DNA of 64,000 nucleotides from Alphaproteobacteria bacterium (GCA_965261735.1 OZ253470.1:2816001-2880000); one strand, 5' to 3'. Numbered from the stretch's first letter, positions 45,467 to 55,509 are shown. Numbers and translations: made by a program. Notes: a model not told the origin generated them from the sequence alone.

Positions 45467-46495
45467 ATGGGCTGGCTCGCGCTGATTGCCGCCGCCGCGG
45501 GCGCGTTCGTGCTCTCCTGGCTCGGGACCGCAGGGGCGTTCAAGATGCTGCGCCGGCGCGCCGTGCTCGACCACCCGAATGTGCGCAGCAGCCATGCGAG
45601 CCCGACACCGCGCGGGGCGGGTCTCGCCGTGCTCGGCGCCATCGCCGTAGTGTGGGTCGCGATCGCCGCGGTGGGCACCGCGCCGACCGCGCTCCCGGTG
45701 ATACTGCTCGCCGCCTGCGCCCTAGCCGTGGTGTCCTGGCGCGACGATTTGCGCGGGCTATCGGTGGCCGTCCGGCTCGCCGCCCACACGCTCGCGGTGA
45801 TCGCAGGTCTTTCCGTCCTACCGGCCGAGGCCCTCGTCTTCCAGGGCGTGCTGCCGCCGCTCGCCGACCGCGCCGCCACCGGGTTGCTGTGGCTGTGGTT
45901 CGTCAATCTGTACAATTTCATGGACGGCATCGACGGCATCGTTGGCGTGGAAACCGCGGCGATCGCGCTCGGCGTCTGCGTGATCGCCGCTGGCGCGCCC
46001 CAGGCCGTTGGGATGGCGTCGCTGTCGGCCGCCCTCGGCGCGGCCGCGCTCGGCTTTTTATGGTGGAACTGGCACCCGGCCAGAATCTTCCTCGGCGACG
46101 TCGGCAGCATACCGCTCGGCTACCTCGCCGCCTGGCTGCTCATCGAGCTCGCCGCGGCCGGGCACTGGCCGGCGGCTCTCGTGCTGCCGCTCTACTTTCT
46201 CGCCGACGCCACGCTCACCCTGGCTCGGAGGCTCGCGCGCGGCGAACGCGTGTGGCACGCCCACGCCAGCCACTTCTACCAGCGCGCGGCGCGGCGCCTC
46301 GGCAACCACGCGCGCGTCGTGCGCGCGGTTGCGCTGGCCAACGCCGGCCTCGTCGCGGTCGCGCTGACGATCGCGCCGGGCGGGCCGCTCGCGCCGGCAC
46401 CGGGACTGTTTTTGGCGGCCGCCCTGTGCGCCGTTCTGCTATGGTACCTGGGACGTGGCTCCCCCGGCCTGCCGGCGCCGCCGCCCCGCCGTTGA
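45467..46495 (+). CDS. MraY/WecA-like polyprenyl-phosphate sugar-1-phosphate transferase (WbpL-like)
   Basis: DHPNVRSSH..PTPRG, NLYNFMDGIDG, IFLGDVGS and H..HFYQR motifs. Confidence 0.92.
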   Translation: MGWLALIAAAAGAFVLSWLGTAGAFKMLRRRAVLDHPNVRSSHASPTPRGAGLAVLGAIAVVWVAIAAVGTAPTALPVILLAACALAVVSWRDDLRGLSVAVRLAAHTLAVIAGLSVLPAEALVFQGVLPPLADRAATGLLWLWFVNLYNFMDGIDGIVGVETAAIALGVCVIAAGAPQAVGMASLSAALGAAALGFLWWNWHPARIFLGDVGSIPLGYLAAWLLIELAAAGHWPAALVLPLYFLADATLTLARRLARGERVWHAHASHFYQRAARRLGNHARVVRAVALANAGLVAVALTIAPGGPLAPAPGLFLAAALCAVLLWYLGRGSPGLPAPPPRR

Positions 46496-46508
46496 CCCGA
46501 CACCGCCG

Positions 46509-48434
46509 ATGAAACTACCGCGCATCACGCTCGTCGCCGCACACGATATTTTCATGGCGGTGGCCGCGTTCGAGATCGCCGTGTGGCTGCGCTACCTGAC
46601 CTACGGCGCACCCCAAAGCCTTGGCGTCGTGTGGGAGGGCACCGTCGTCTTCGCCGTGGTGTCGGCGATCGTTTTCTGGACCGTGGGCCTGTACCGCGGC
46701 ATCTGGTACTACGCCTCCCTCAACGACCTCCTCGCGATCGCCAAGGCGGTGACGCTGGCCGTCCTCGTCTTCCTGCCGGTCCTGTTCCTGCTGACCCGCC
46801 TCGAGAACGTGCCGCGTACCGCGCTCTTCCTGACCTGGCCGCTGCTCATCGTGCTGCTGGCCGCGCCGCGGCTGCTCTATCGCCTGATCAAGGACGGTAA
46901 TTTTCGCTTGGTCTTTGAGCGCGGCGACGAGCGTAGTGTTCCGGTGCTGCTCGCCGGTGCGGGCGATGCCGCCGAGACCTTCATCCGCCAGATGCACCGC
47001 GGGGCCGCGGCTTATCGGATCGTCGGTATCGTGGATTCGAATCCGGGGCGTGTCGGACGCGAGGTGCGCGGCGTGCGCGTGCTCGGGACCTTCGCCGAGA
47101 TTGACGCCGTGGTCGCGCGGCTGGAGACGCAGTACCGCCGGCCGCAGCGCCTGATCATCGCCGGCGAGCGCGCCGACGGCGCCGCGGTACGCGCGCTTCT
47201 CGATAGTGCCGACCGGCTCGGCATGACGCTCGCGCGCCTCCCACGCCTCACCGATTTCCGCCGCGATCCTCCAGCCTCGGGCGACGAAGGGGGCAACGGG
47301 GCGCGCCTCGACCTGCGGCCCGTGGATGTCGAGGACTTGCTCGACCGCCCGCAGCGGGTGCTCGACCGCACCGCGATGGCGCGCCTCGTCGCCGGTCGGC
47401 GCGTCCTCGTCACTGGCGCGGGTGGTACCATCGGCAGCGAGCTGGTGCGCCAGATCGCCGGTCTCGAGCCGGCCCGCCTCGCGCTCCTCGACAACGGCGA
47501 ATACAACCTCTACGCCATCGACCTCGAACTCGGCGAGAGCCATCCGGCGCTGCCGCGCGCGGCCGTCCTCGCCGACGTGCGCGAGGGCGCACGGCTGGCC
47601 GAGGTGTTCAGGACCGAGCGCCCCGAGCTCGTCTTCCACGCCGCGGCCTTCAAGCACGTGCCCCTGGCCGAGGCCAACCCGGCCGAGGCGGTGCTGACCA
47701 ACACCTTCGGCACCCGCGAGGTCGCCGAGGCAAGTCGCGCCCACGGGGTCGAGACGATGGTCATGATCTCGACCGACAAGGCCGTGCACCCCTCGAGCAT
47801 CATGGGCGCGAGCAAGCGCATCGCCGAGCTCATCTGTCAGGCGCTGAGCGCCGCCCCCGCGGGCCGCGGCACCCGCTTCATCACCGTGCGTTTCGGCAAC
47901 GTGCTCGGCTCGACCGGCTCGGTCGTTCCCCTGTTCGAGCGCCAGCTCGCGCGCGGCGGCCCGGTCACGCTCACCCATCCCGACGCCGCGCGCTACTTCA
48001 TGACCACGCGCGAGGCGGTGGAGCTGGTGCTGCACGCCTCGGCGATGCCCGAGCAGGCGCGCGAGCGCGGCAAGGTGTTCGTGCTCGACATGGGACAGCC
48101 CGTGAAGATCGGCGATCTCGCGCGCCAGATGATCAAGCTCGCCGGCCTCAATCCGGACGACATCGCCATCACCCATATCGGGCTCAGGCCCGGCGAGAAG
48201 CTCACCGAGGAGCTGTTCTACGCCGCAGAGGAACTCGTACCGACGCCGGTGGACGGCGTCCTCATGGCGGCGCCGCGGATGATCGACTACGAGCTCCTGG
48301 CGGCCGAGCTCGAACGGCTGAGGGCGGCGGCGCGCGCTGGGGATGCGGCCGAGACGCTGGAGCGCGTGGCCCTGCTCGTGCCCGAGTACCAAACAGCGGT
48401 CGCGCCCGAGCCGCGCCGCGCCGTCTCGGACTGA
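46509..48434 (+). CDS. CapD/WbpM-like UDP-GlcNAc 4,6-dehydratase (polysaccharide biosynthesis protein)
   Basis: Four N-terminal TMs, TGAGGTIGSEL, HAAAFKHVP, STDKAV, RFGNVLGS and GLRPGEKL motifs. Confidence 0.93.
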   Translation: MKLPRITLVAAHDIFMAVAAFEIAVWLRYLTYGAPQSLGVVWEGTVVFAVVSAIVFWTVGLYRGIWYYASLNDLLAIAKAVTLAVLVFLPVLFLLTRLENVPRTALFLTWPLLIVLLAAPRLLYRLIKDGNFRLVFERGDERSVPVLLAGAGDAAETFIRQMHRGAAAYRIVGIVDSNPGRVGREVRGVRVLGTFAEIDAVVARLETQYRRPQRLIIAGERADGAAVRALLDSADRLGMTLARLPRLTDFRRDPPASGDEGGNGARLDLRPVDVEDLLDRPQRVLDRTAMARLVAGRRVLVTGAGGTIGSELVRQIAGLEPARLALLDNGEYNLYAIDLELGESHPALPRAAVLADVREGARLAEVFRTERPELVFHAAAFKHVPLAEANPAEAVLTNTFGTREVAEASRAHGVETMVMISTDKAVHPSSIMGASKRIAELICQALSAAPAGRGTRFITVRFGNVLGSTGSVVPLFERQLARGGPVTLTHPDAARYFMTTREAVELVLHASAMPEQARERGKVFVLDMGQPVKIGDLARQMIKLAGLNPDDIAITHIGLRPGEKLTEELFYAAEELVPTPVDGVLMAAPRMIDYELLAAELERLRAAARAGDAAETLERVALLVPEYQTAVAPEPRRAVSD

Positions 48435-48463
48435 GGCGGCGGGGCGTCGCGAGGGATTCGCCC

Positions 48464-49591
48464 GTGAGCGCGCTGAAGGATGGCGGGTCGGCTTACGGGG
48501 CGGCGGGAGTCGACGAGGACGCAGCCCGCGCCGGCCTACGCCGCCTTACCGAACAGCTGCGCGGGACCTGGCCCGCGCCGGGCGAGCCCTACGGCGTGCA
48601 GCTCGACATGGGTATCGGCGGCAAGTACGCCAACGTGATCGACATCGGCGCCGGAGTGGGCGTCGCGCTATGCACCGACGGGGTCGGCTCCAAGACCCTG
48701 GTGGCGCGCATGATGGGCAAGTTCGACACCATCGGCATCGATTGCGTGGCAATGAACGTGAACGACATCGTGTGCGTCGGCGCGCGGCCCGTCTCGATGG
48801 TCGACTACATCGCCGGGCAGGACCTCGACGCGGGCTTTATCGAGGAGGTCTCCAAGGGCCTCTACGAGGGCGCGCGGCGCGCGAACGTCTCCATCTCGGG
48901 CGGCGAGATCGCGCAGCTCGGGGACACCTTCGCCTCACAGGAAGACGGCCACGCCTTCGACCTCGTCGGGACCGCAATCGGTGTCGTCGGGCTCGACCGG
49001 ATCATGGTCGGCCGCGAGGTCGTGGACGGCGACGCGGTCGTCGGCGTGGTCAGCAGCGGCATCCACAGCAACGGGCTCACGCTGGCGCGCTCGTCGCTCT
49101 TCGGCGCTGGGCTCGCGGTCGATGCCACCCTGCCGGGCCTCAGCCGTACCCTCGGCGAGGAACTGCTGGAGCCCACGCACATCTATGTCCGCGAGGCGCT
49201 CGAGGTGCTCGAGCGCATCGAGTCCACGCGGGCGCTCATCCATGTCACAAGCGACGGCTTTCTCAACCTGACCAGGATCGACGCTGAGGTCGGTTTCGTC
49301 CTCGATTCCTTGCCCGAGGTGCCGCCGATATTCAGGCTCATCGCGGAACATGGGAGTGTCGCGCCCAAGGAGATGTACAGCGTTTACAACATGGGCGTCG
49401 GCTTCTGCTTCGTGTGCGCGCACGCCGACGCGGCGCTGGCGATCGAGATCGCCGAAGCGCACGACCATTCCGCGCGCCTGATCGGCCGGGTGGAAGCCTC
49501 GATCCCGGGCCGCGTCGCCATCGCAGCCAACGATTTCACGACCCACGACCTCATCGGCGACGCCAAGAGCAAGAAGTTCCGCCGCGCCTGA
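48464..49591 (+). CDS. purM: Phosphoribosylformylglycinamidine cyclo-ligase (AIR synthetase), divergent type
   Basis: AYGAAGVD, TDGVGSK, IGIDCVAMNVND, SSGIHSNG, ELLEPTHIYV and YNMGVGF motifs. Confidence 0.85.
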   Translation: MSALKDGGSAYGAAGVDEDAARAGLRRLTEQLRGTWPAPGEPYGVQLDMGIGGKYANVIDIGAGVGVALCTDGVGSKTLVARMMGKFDTIGIDCVAMNVNDIVCVGARPVSMVDYIAGQDLDAGFIEEVSKGLYEGARRANVSISGGEIAQLGDTFASQEDGHAFDLVGTAIGVVGLDRIMVGREVVDGDAVVGVVSSGIHSNGLTLARSSLFGAGLAVDATLPGLSRTLGEELLEPTHIYVREALEVLERIESTRALIHVTSDGFLNLTRIDAEVGFVLDSLPEVPPIFRLIAEHGSVAPKEMYSVYNMGVGFCFVCAHADAALAIEIAEAHDHSARLIGRVEASIPGRVAIAANDFTTHDLIGDAKSKKFRRA

Positions 49592-49615
49592 AGCCAGCGA
49601 GGCCAGCGCCTCCGA

Positions 49616-49649
49616 CCCCCCTAACCCTCCCCCACAAGGGGGGAGGGGA
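49616..49649 (+). repeat. Short GC-rich extragenic palindrome (REP-like), copy 1
   Basis: CCCCCCTAACCCTCCCCCACAAGGGGGGAGGGGA, a hairpin with an ACAA loop. Confidence 0.7.
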
Positions 49650-49655
49650 TGACTC

Positions 49656-50750
49656 CTTGCCTATCCGGTTAACGCCCATGACCGCTACATGTAGGGTGCC
49701 GCCACTCTCCCGAGTAAAGCTCGGCATAGGTTGGAGCAGAGGTGTCGCCCGCGATGCCGAGCAATGAGCGGAAGGCGTTGAACGGGTAGAACCGCCTGTT
49801 GAAGCGGAAGGTGAACTCGTTGAGGTAGGCTTGTAGGTGCTGGTGGCTAACGCCGTGGTGGATATCGATCAGCCACGTCTTCAGGTTGGCGAAAACCAGA
49901 TGGATGATCGGCAGGTATTGCTCGGCAACCTCTGGATCACCACACTCGGCAACAGCGAAGTGCTCATAGCCGCGCTTACCGAGGCCAGCATAGCCGCTCC
50001 AATCGTCAGTAACGATCAGCGATCCCGGCGCGACGGTGCTCTCGACGAACCCACAGAGCGACTCGGCGCTACGGTCGAGCACGACGGCGAGCCGAACGCG
50101 TCCGGCATAGCGTCCGTCTTTCCGGTTGTCGAGCTTGGTGCCCGGCTTTCGATGACGCACCTCGATGGCACAGGAGACGGGAACCTTGTGGTGAACACCA
50201 CGGCCTTCCCCACGCGTTCGCCCGCCAACCCAGGTTTCGTCCACCTCAACATGGTTCTTGGGCTGTCCACCGATCCTGTCTTGGTTGGGCCGCACCATGC
50301 CCGAGCGGAGCTTGTGGAGAATTTGAAAGGCCGTCTCGTAGCGCGAAAGACCAAGTTGCCGCTGAAACTGCACGGCGGACATGCCGGGCGTCTGACTGGC
50401 GACCAGATAAGCGGCCCAGAACCAGACGTTCAGCGGAGTGTGGCTACGCTCCATCACTGTTCCCACCGTCAGCCCGGTGTTCTGGCGGCACTTGCGGCAG
50501 CGCAGGACGCCAGGGCGGTTTTCAAAGTGGAACGGCTCTCCCGCCGTGCCGCAGTGCGGGCAGGCAAAGCCGTCTCCCCAGCGGGCTTTCTCCAGGTAGG
50601 CGGCGCAGGCCGCATCATCGGGGAAAAGTCGCTGGAACTCGGGTAGCGAATGCGGGAATGGGAGATCGGCGCGGTCGAGAACATCCATGGCGCGCTCCCC
50701 TATATCCGGGTTGCGCCCATTCTAGCCCTAGTGGGTGTGGGTGTAAACCG
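49656..50750 (-). mobile_element. IS1595-family IS (ISSod11-like end), copy 1; right-hand terminus incomplete
   Basis: End CTTGCCTATCCGGTTAAC is shared with copy 2 (63275). At the other side only the inner part GGGTGTAAACCG (50739-50750) is present. Confidence 0.85.
49669..50688 (-). CDS. IS1595-family transposase
   Basis: CPHC...CRKC ribbon, VEVDETWVGG, VTDDWSGY and HLQAYLNEFTFRFNRR motifs. Confidence 0.95.
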   Translation of the reverse strand: MDVLDRADLPFPHSLPEFQRLFPDDAACAAYLEKARWGDGFACPHCGTAGEPFHFENRPGVLRCRKCRQNTGLTVGTVMERSHTPLNVWFWAAYLVASQTPGMSAVQFQRQLGLSRYETAFQILHKLRSGMVRPNQDRIGGQPKNHVEVDETWVGGRTRGEGRGVHHKVPVSCAIEVRHRKPGTKLDNRKDGRYAGRVRLAVVLDRSAESLCGFVESTVAPGSLIVTDDWSGYAGLGKRGYEHFAVAECGDPEVAEQYLPIIHLVFANLKTWLIDIHHGVSHQHLQAYLNEFTFRFNRRFYPFNAFRSLLGIAGDTSAPTYAELYSGEWRHPTCSGHGR

Positions 50751-50802
50751 CGGCGGGTAGGACGGCCCTTTCACCCGCAGCTTACATAAGTGCGCACACC
50801 AA

Positions 50803-50840
50803 CTCCCCCTCCCCTTGTGGGAGGGGGTAGGGGGAGGGGG
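50803..50840 (-). repeat. Short GC-rich extragenic palindrome (REP-like), copy 2, inverted relative to copy 1
   Basis: Reverse complement CCCCCTCCCCCTACCCCCTCCCACAAGGGGAGGGGGAG resembles copy 1. Confidence 0.7.
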
Positions 50841-50900
50841 TAACGTGGGCGAGTATCCGTGGCTCGCTCAGCCAGCGCGGCGCGACGCTAAACTCCCGCC

Positions 50901-51944
50901 TTACGCGAACTCGGGGACGATTTCCTTGGCGACCCTGTCGATCACCGTCATGCGGTCGAAGCCGGGGCCGCCGACGTAGAACACCCAGTTGTGGAGCCCT
51001 TGGCCCGCGAGCTCGGCGAGGCGCGCGTTGATGTCCGCCGCGGTCCCCCACAGGCGCGGCGAGCGCTCGATCAGCCAGTCGTGGAGGCCGAGCTTCTTGG
51101 CCCGCTCCACCAGCGCTCGCCCGCGCCCCGGCGTCTTGTAGCTGTTCGTCAGGTCGTGGGTATCGGCGTTGAGCTCGAGCAGCGCCTCCTTGTACTCGTC
51201 CGGGATTCCCTTGCCCTCGAGGCTGCCCATGGTGAGCCATTGGGCGCCCCAGCCGAAGGTCGACTCCATGGCCGCCGCGGGGCTCTCGGCAAAGGTCACG
51301 CTGGCGTTCCACCACACGTCGAGGTCGCTGGCTGCGCGCCCAGCGGCGGCCGCGCCCTCGGCGATGATGCGCTGGACGCCCTCGATATCGGCCGGCGCAA
51401 AGCCCATGGTGACAAGCATCCCATCGGCGACCTCGGCGGCCATGCGCAGCACCTTGGGGCCCGAGCAGGCGACGTAGATCGGCACTTCCACCGGTGGCGA
51501 CCACGCGCTCCACTCGGCCTTGAACGTCGTGCCGCGCCAGGTCGCGGCCTCGCCGCGTAGCAGAGCCTTCACCGCCAGGATGTAGTTGCGCAGGGTCTCC
51601 ACCCTGGCCGACTTCAAGCCGACGCCCCAGATGGCGCTGTCCCCGGTGGCGATGCCGCAGGCGATGCGACCCGGCGCGAGCTCGTTGAGCGACATCAGCG
51701 CCGCCGCGGTGACCGAGGGGTGCCGGGTGAGCGGATTGGTGACCGAGGTGAGGACTTGGATGCGCGAGGTGCTCAGCGCGCACAGCGTCGCCGAGACGTA
51801 GAGCTCGCGCAGCAGCGCCGGCGAATCGGGCACACCAACCATCTTGAGGCCGCCGGCATCGCACGCCTGCCACCACTTCGCGACCTCCATCAGCGGCTCC
51901 TGCTGTGTGAAGTTCAGGCAGAACTGGATCTTGGGATTGGCCAT
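50901..51944 (-). CDS. Luciferase-like (LLM) flavin-dependent oxidoreductase, Mer-like
   Basis: VTNPLTRHPSVTAAA, ELAPGRI..GIATGD and YVACSGPKVLRMAAEVADG motifs. Confidence 0.9.
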   Translation of the reverse strand: MANPKIQFCLNFTQQEPLMEVAKWWQACDAGGLKMVGVPDSPALLRELYVSATLCALSTSRIQVLTSVTNPLTRHPSVTAAALMSLNELAPGRIACGIATGDSAIWGVGLKSARVETLRNYILAVKALLRGEAATWRGTTFKAEWSAWSPPVEVPIYVACSGPKVLRMAAEVADGMLVTMGFAPADIEGVQRIIAEGAAAAGRAASDLDVWWNASVTFAESPAAAMESTFGWGAQWLTMGSLEGKGIPDEYKEALLELNADTHDLTNSYKTPGRGRALVERAKKLGLHDWLIERSPRLWGTAADINARLAELAGQGLHNWVFYVGGPGFDRMTVIDRVAKEIVPEFA

Positions 51945-52188
51945 TCTCACCCCCGGGAGGACATTGGCGCCGCTCGCGCCAGCGCGTGCGACCATTATCA
52001 CACCCTGGCCGCGCTATGCGAAGGCGGGTGCGCGTCTCGTGGCGTTGTCCGTCGCTGGCGCTGCAAATCGGTTGCGTTTGGCGCTCCGAGACCGCAGGAT
52101 TAGTATGGGAGCGTTGGCGGCGCGGGCCACACGGGGCATCGCGGCGCGATCGGCGGCAAAGTACAAGAACCGAAGGGAGATTTAACCA

Positions 52189-53235
52189 ATGTCACTTTTT
52201 TCCACAATTCGCTGGCGCTGGCTTGGCGCCGCGGCTCTATTTGCGGCCGTCGGGGGCCTGCTCGCGGTGCCTACCGCGAATGCCCAGGCCACCTACGAGG
52301 CCGCCAAGAAGGAAGGCAAAGTCGTCTTCTATTCGGGCCAGCCGATCGAGCTACTCCAGAATCTGAAAGACGATTTCCAGAGCACGTATCCGGGCATCGA
52401 CGTCGACTTCTTCCGCGGCGACACTCGGCAGTACGCCCAGCGTTTCGAGACCGAATCGCAGACCGGGCGCCACAACGTCGACGTGATGCTGTCGACGTCG
52501 GTGACGACGCCGAAATGGGTGGCGAAGGACTTGCTGGCACCCTACGTTTCGCCGATGCAGGCGAACTATCCGGCCGAGCTCAGGGACGCCAACGGCTACA
52601 ACAATCCCTACGCGGTCAACATGACGAGCTTCGCCTGGAACACCGATCTCGTGAAGCCCGGCGAGGAGCCCAAGACCTGGGACGACCTGCTCGATCCCAA
52701 GTGGAAGGGCAAGATCGCCATTCAGGACCCGTTGGGGCGCGGCGGCGCCTTCACCTGGACGGTCACGATGCGCCGCGAACTCGGCGAAGCGAAGTGGCTC
52801 GACTACATGAAGAAGCTCGCCGCTCAGGAGCCCAAATATGGGCGCTACATGCAGGTGCGCGAGATGGTCATGTCGGGCGAGGTCGCGATTCACGTCGCCG
52901 CCTATCCCGATTTCACCGAGCCCGTGAAGGTCAAGGGTGCTCCCGTCGACTGGGGCGTGCCGGAGTGGCTCGTGTTCGTGGGTCTGACGGTTAGCCTGTC
53001 GGCCAACGCGCCGCACCCCGAAGCGGGCAAGCTGTTCATCGACTACATGATGTCGGATTCGGCGCAGACGATCCTCGGCGAGTCGGGGCGCATCCCCGCC
53101 AAGCCAGGGCTGCGCGGCGGTGCCTACGCCAAGCTCAAGAACGCCAAGATCGTGACCTCGGGTATACCCTCCCAGGTCGTGTCCGACGAGTACTTCAAAG
53201 AAAACTTGCGGATGATTTTCGGCAAGAAACAGTAA
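52189..53235 (+). CDS. ABC transporter substrate-binding protein (AfuA/FutA-like class)
   Basis: Signal peptide, AAKKEGKVVFY, PKTWDDLLDPKWKGKI and APHPEAGKLFIDY motifs. Confidence 0.9.
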   Translation: MSLFSTIRWRWLGAAALFAAVGGLLAVPTANAQATYEAAKKEGKVVFYSGQPIELLQNLKDDFQSTYPGIDVDFFRGDTRQYAQRFETESQTGRHNVDVMLSTSVTTPKWVAKDLLAPYVSPMQANYPAELRDANGYNNPYAVNMTSFAWNTDLVKPGEEPKTWDDLLDPKWKGKIAIQDPLGRGGAFTWTVTMRRELGEAKWLDYMKKLAAQEPKYGRYMQVREMVMSGEVAIHVAAYPDFTEPVKVKGAPVDWGVPEWLVFVGLTVSLSANAPHPEAGKLFIDYMMSDSAQTILGESGRIPAKPGLRGGAYAKLKNAKIVTSGIPSQVVSDEYFKENLRMIFGKKQ

Positions 53236-53296
53236 GTATCGTGTCGGGATCGGCGGCCGGGGTACCGGCCGCCGATTCGACTCCAAGGGGCTAGCA

Positions 53297-54148
53297 ATGT
53301 CGGACGCGGCACCCTCCGCGGCGCGCAAGAACACGCCACCCCAGATATCCGTGCGCCGACTGAACCGGGCGCTCGGCGCCGAGATCCGCGGCCTCGACCT
53401 GTCGCAACCGCTCGATGACGCGGTGTTTGTCGAGGTGCTGCAGGCCTTCCATGACAATTTGGTGCTGGTCTTTCCCGACCAGAACCTCTCGCCGAGCCAG
53501 CAGATCGCGTTCACCAACCGCTTCGGTTACTGCGGACCCAATCCCGACCTCACCCGCAAGACCCTCGACACGTTCCCCGAGGTGCGCACCCTCGTCAACC
53601 GCCCCGGCGATCCCGGACCGGCCAACGATTTCTGGCATTCGGACGTGACCTATTTCGAGGAGCCGATCCTGGGTTCGGTGCTCCATGCCCTCGAGGTGCC
53701 CGACCCCGGCGGCGACACCTGCTTTTGCAACATGTACAACGGCTACGAGCAGCTCTCGCCAGGCCTCAGGCGCATGCTCGATGGCTTGCGCGCGGTCCAC
53801 AGCGCGCGCGCCAACTTCCTTAATTCGGGCCGCCCGCTCGAGGAGATGCCACCGCCCGTCGAACATCCGGTGATCCGGACCCACCCGGCGACGGGCCGCA
53901 AATCGCTGTACGTCGAGTGGCACTTCACCGAACACTTCGCCGGCATGACCAGGGAAGAGAGCAAGCCCATCATCGACCATGTGGTCGCGCGCGCGGTCGA
54001 GCCCGAGAATGTCTATCGCCATCGCTGGAGCGTCGGCGACGTCGTCATCTGGGACAATCGCTGCACCTTGCACCGTAGCGTCTACGACTACGGCGACCGG
54101 CCCCGCGTCATCCACCGCACCACCGCCGCCGGCGACAAGCCCTACTAG
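53297..54148 (+). CDS. TauD/TfdA family Fe(II)/2-oxoglutarate dioxygenase
   Basis: LGAEIRGLDL, WHSDVT, GGDT, HPVIRTHP and IWDNRCTLH motifs. Confidence 0.93.
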   Translation: MSDAAPSAARKNTPPQISVRRLNRALGAEIRGLDLSQPLDDAVFVEVLQAFHDNLVLVFPDQNLSPSQQIAFTNRFGYCGPNPDLTRKTLDTFPEVRTLVNRPGDPGPANDFWHSDVTYFEEPILGSVLHALEVPDPGGDTCFCNMYNGYEQLSPGLRRMLDGLRAVHSARANFLNSGRPLEEMPPPVEHPVIRTHPATGRKSLYVEWHFTEHFAGMTREESKPIIDHVVARAVEPENVYRHRWSVGDVVIWDNRCTLHRSVYDYGDRPRVIHRTTAAGDKPY

Positions 54149-54175
54149 CCCGCCAAGCCAGCCCAAGGCCCTGGT

Positions 54176-55348
54176 CTAGGCCTCGCCGAACAGGCGCGCG
54201 AGGTAGTCGTTGACGTAGTTGTAGACGAGCAGCTCGTTCGACGACATGCGACCCGGGGCGAAGCCCTGCGACGTCATGGCCCGCTGCAGGGACGTGATCA
54301 TCGGCCGGTCCTGCTCCAGGATCTTGACGATCCGGTCCATGAAGGGCTCGGTCCGCTCCCAAAAGCCGGGCCACTCGAAGAATTCCGCCGGGAAGGTCAT
54401 GTACTGGACGATCTCGGTCCTGTTGGGCGCGACCGGCCACACCAGGATCTGAGAGATGCGGTCGCTGGCGATGAAGATCGACATGTTGGGCGAGAGGAAC
54501 CCAGCGCCGTAGAAGCCCGGGCCGCGCTCGCGCAGCCAGTCCTCGAGCCACGGTAGCGCCCCGAAAGGGGGATCGGTGTCGGCACTGCCGAGATTGGCAT
54601 CGAAGAAGGCGCTGTAGCCGCCGTTTCGTGCCCGCTTGTACGGATAGTCCCGGGCGTCCGGCCAGTCGGGCAGGGTGTCGGCGTGGAGCGTCTGGATATG
54701 GTAGAGGTCGACGAAGTTCTCGTTGACGAGCTTCCAGTTGCACTCCAGCACGCACGACGCCTTGCGGGCGAGGCGGCAGCGACCCTGCCGGAAGAAACCG
54801 AAATCGGCGTCGAACTCGGCGACGAAATCGGCGAGCGGTGCCGCGTGCTCATCGAAGTTCACGAACACCCAGCCCTCCCAGACGCCGAGCCGGAGCGGGC
54901 GCAGGCGGCAGTCGCCCGCGTCGAAGCCCTTGACGTCGTCCATGTAGGCCGCGCCCAGGAGCTTGCCCGATAAGTCGTAGGTCCAGGCGTGGTAGGGGCA
55001 CTGGAAGTGCTTGAGGTTGCCCTCGCCGGCGGCGACCTCGACGCCGCGGTGGGCGCACACGTTGTAGAAGGCGTTGAGCTCGCCGTCGTGGTTCCGCGCA
55101 ACGACGATAGGCTCGCCCATGATGTTGAAGGTCATGTAGTCGCCGGGCTTCTCGACCTCCTCGGCGCGGGCCACGGCGAGCCAGTCCTTCATAAAGATCT
55201 TCTGCTTCTCGAGCGCGAGGACCTCGGGCGAGGTGTAGATGTAGGCTGGCAGGTGGTGCGCCTCGTCGAGCGGCCGCCGCGTCTCCTCGAGCCCGAGTGC
55301 CGAAGCGCCGACAGCCTGGTGCCGCGCCCGTGCGTCCGCAACAGTCAT
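54176..55348 (-). CDS. Rieske non-heme iron oxygenase alpha subunit (choline monooxygenase/CntA-like group)
   Basis: NVCAHRG, CPYHAW and NWKLVNENFVDLYHIQTLH motifs. Confidence 0.9.
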   Translation of the reverse strand: MTVADARARHQAVGASALGLEETRRPLDEAHHLPAYIYTSPEVLALEKQKIFMKDWLAVARAEEVEKPGDYMTFNIMGEPIVVARNHDGELNAFYNVCAHRGVEVAAGEGNLKHFQCPYHAWTYDLSGKLLGAAYMDDVKGFDAGDCRLRPLRLGVWEGWVFVNFDEHAAPLADFVAEFDADFGFFRQGRCRLARKASCVLECNWKLVNENFVDLYHIQTLHADTLPDWPDARDYPYKRARNGGYSAFFDANLGSADTDPPFGALPWLEDWLRERGPGFYGAGFLSPNMSIFIASDRISQILVWPVAPNRTEIVQYMTFPAEFFEWPGFWERTEPFMDRIVKILEQDRPMITSLQRAMTSQGFAPGRMSSNELLVYNYVNDYLARLFGEA

Positions 55349-55509
55349 GATCGCTCGCTCCTCCGCCGGGTGACGCCGCACCATAGCGGCTCCCGCTGCC
55401 GCCGTTCAACGACCGGCGCGCCTTGACCCGGCGAAGAGGCCGGGGCTAGGGTTTTCGCCCAGCCTTGTGTGAAGTCGAGGCGGGCGGTGGCGACGGGAAG
55501 GGGACGACC

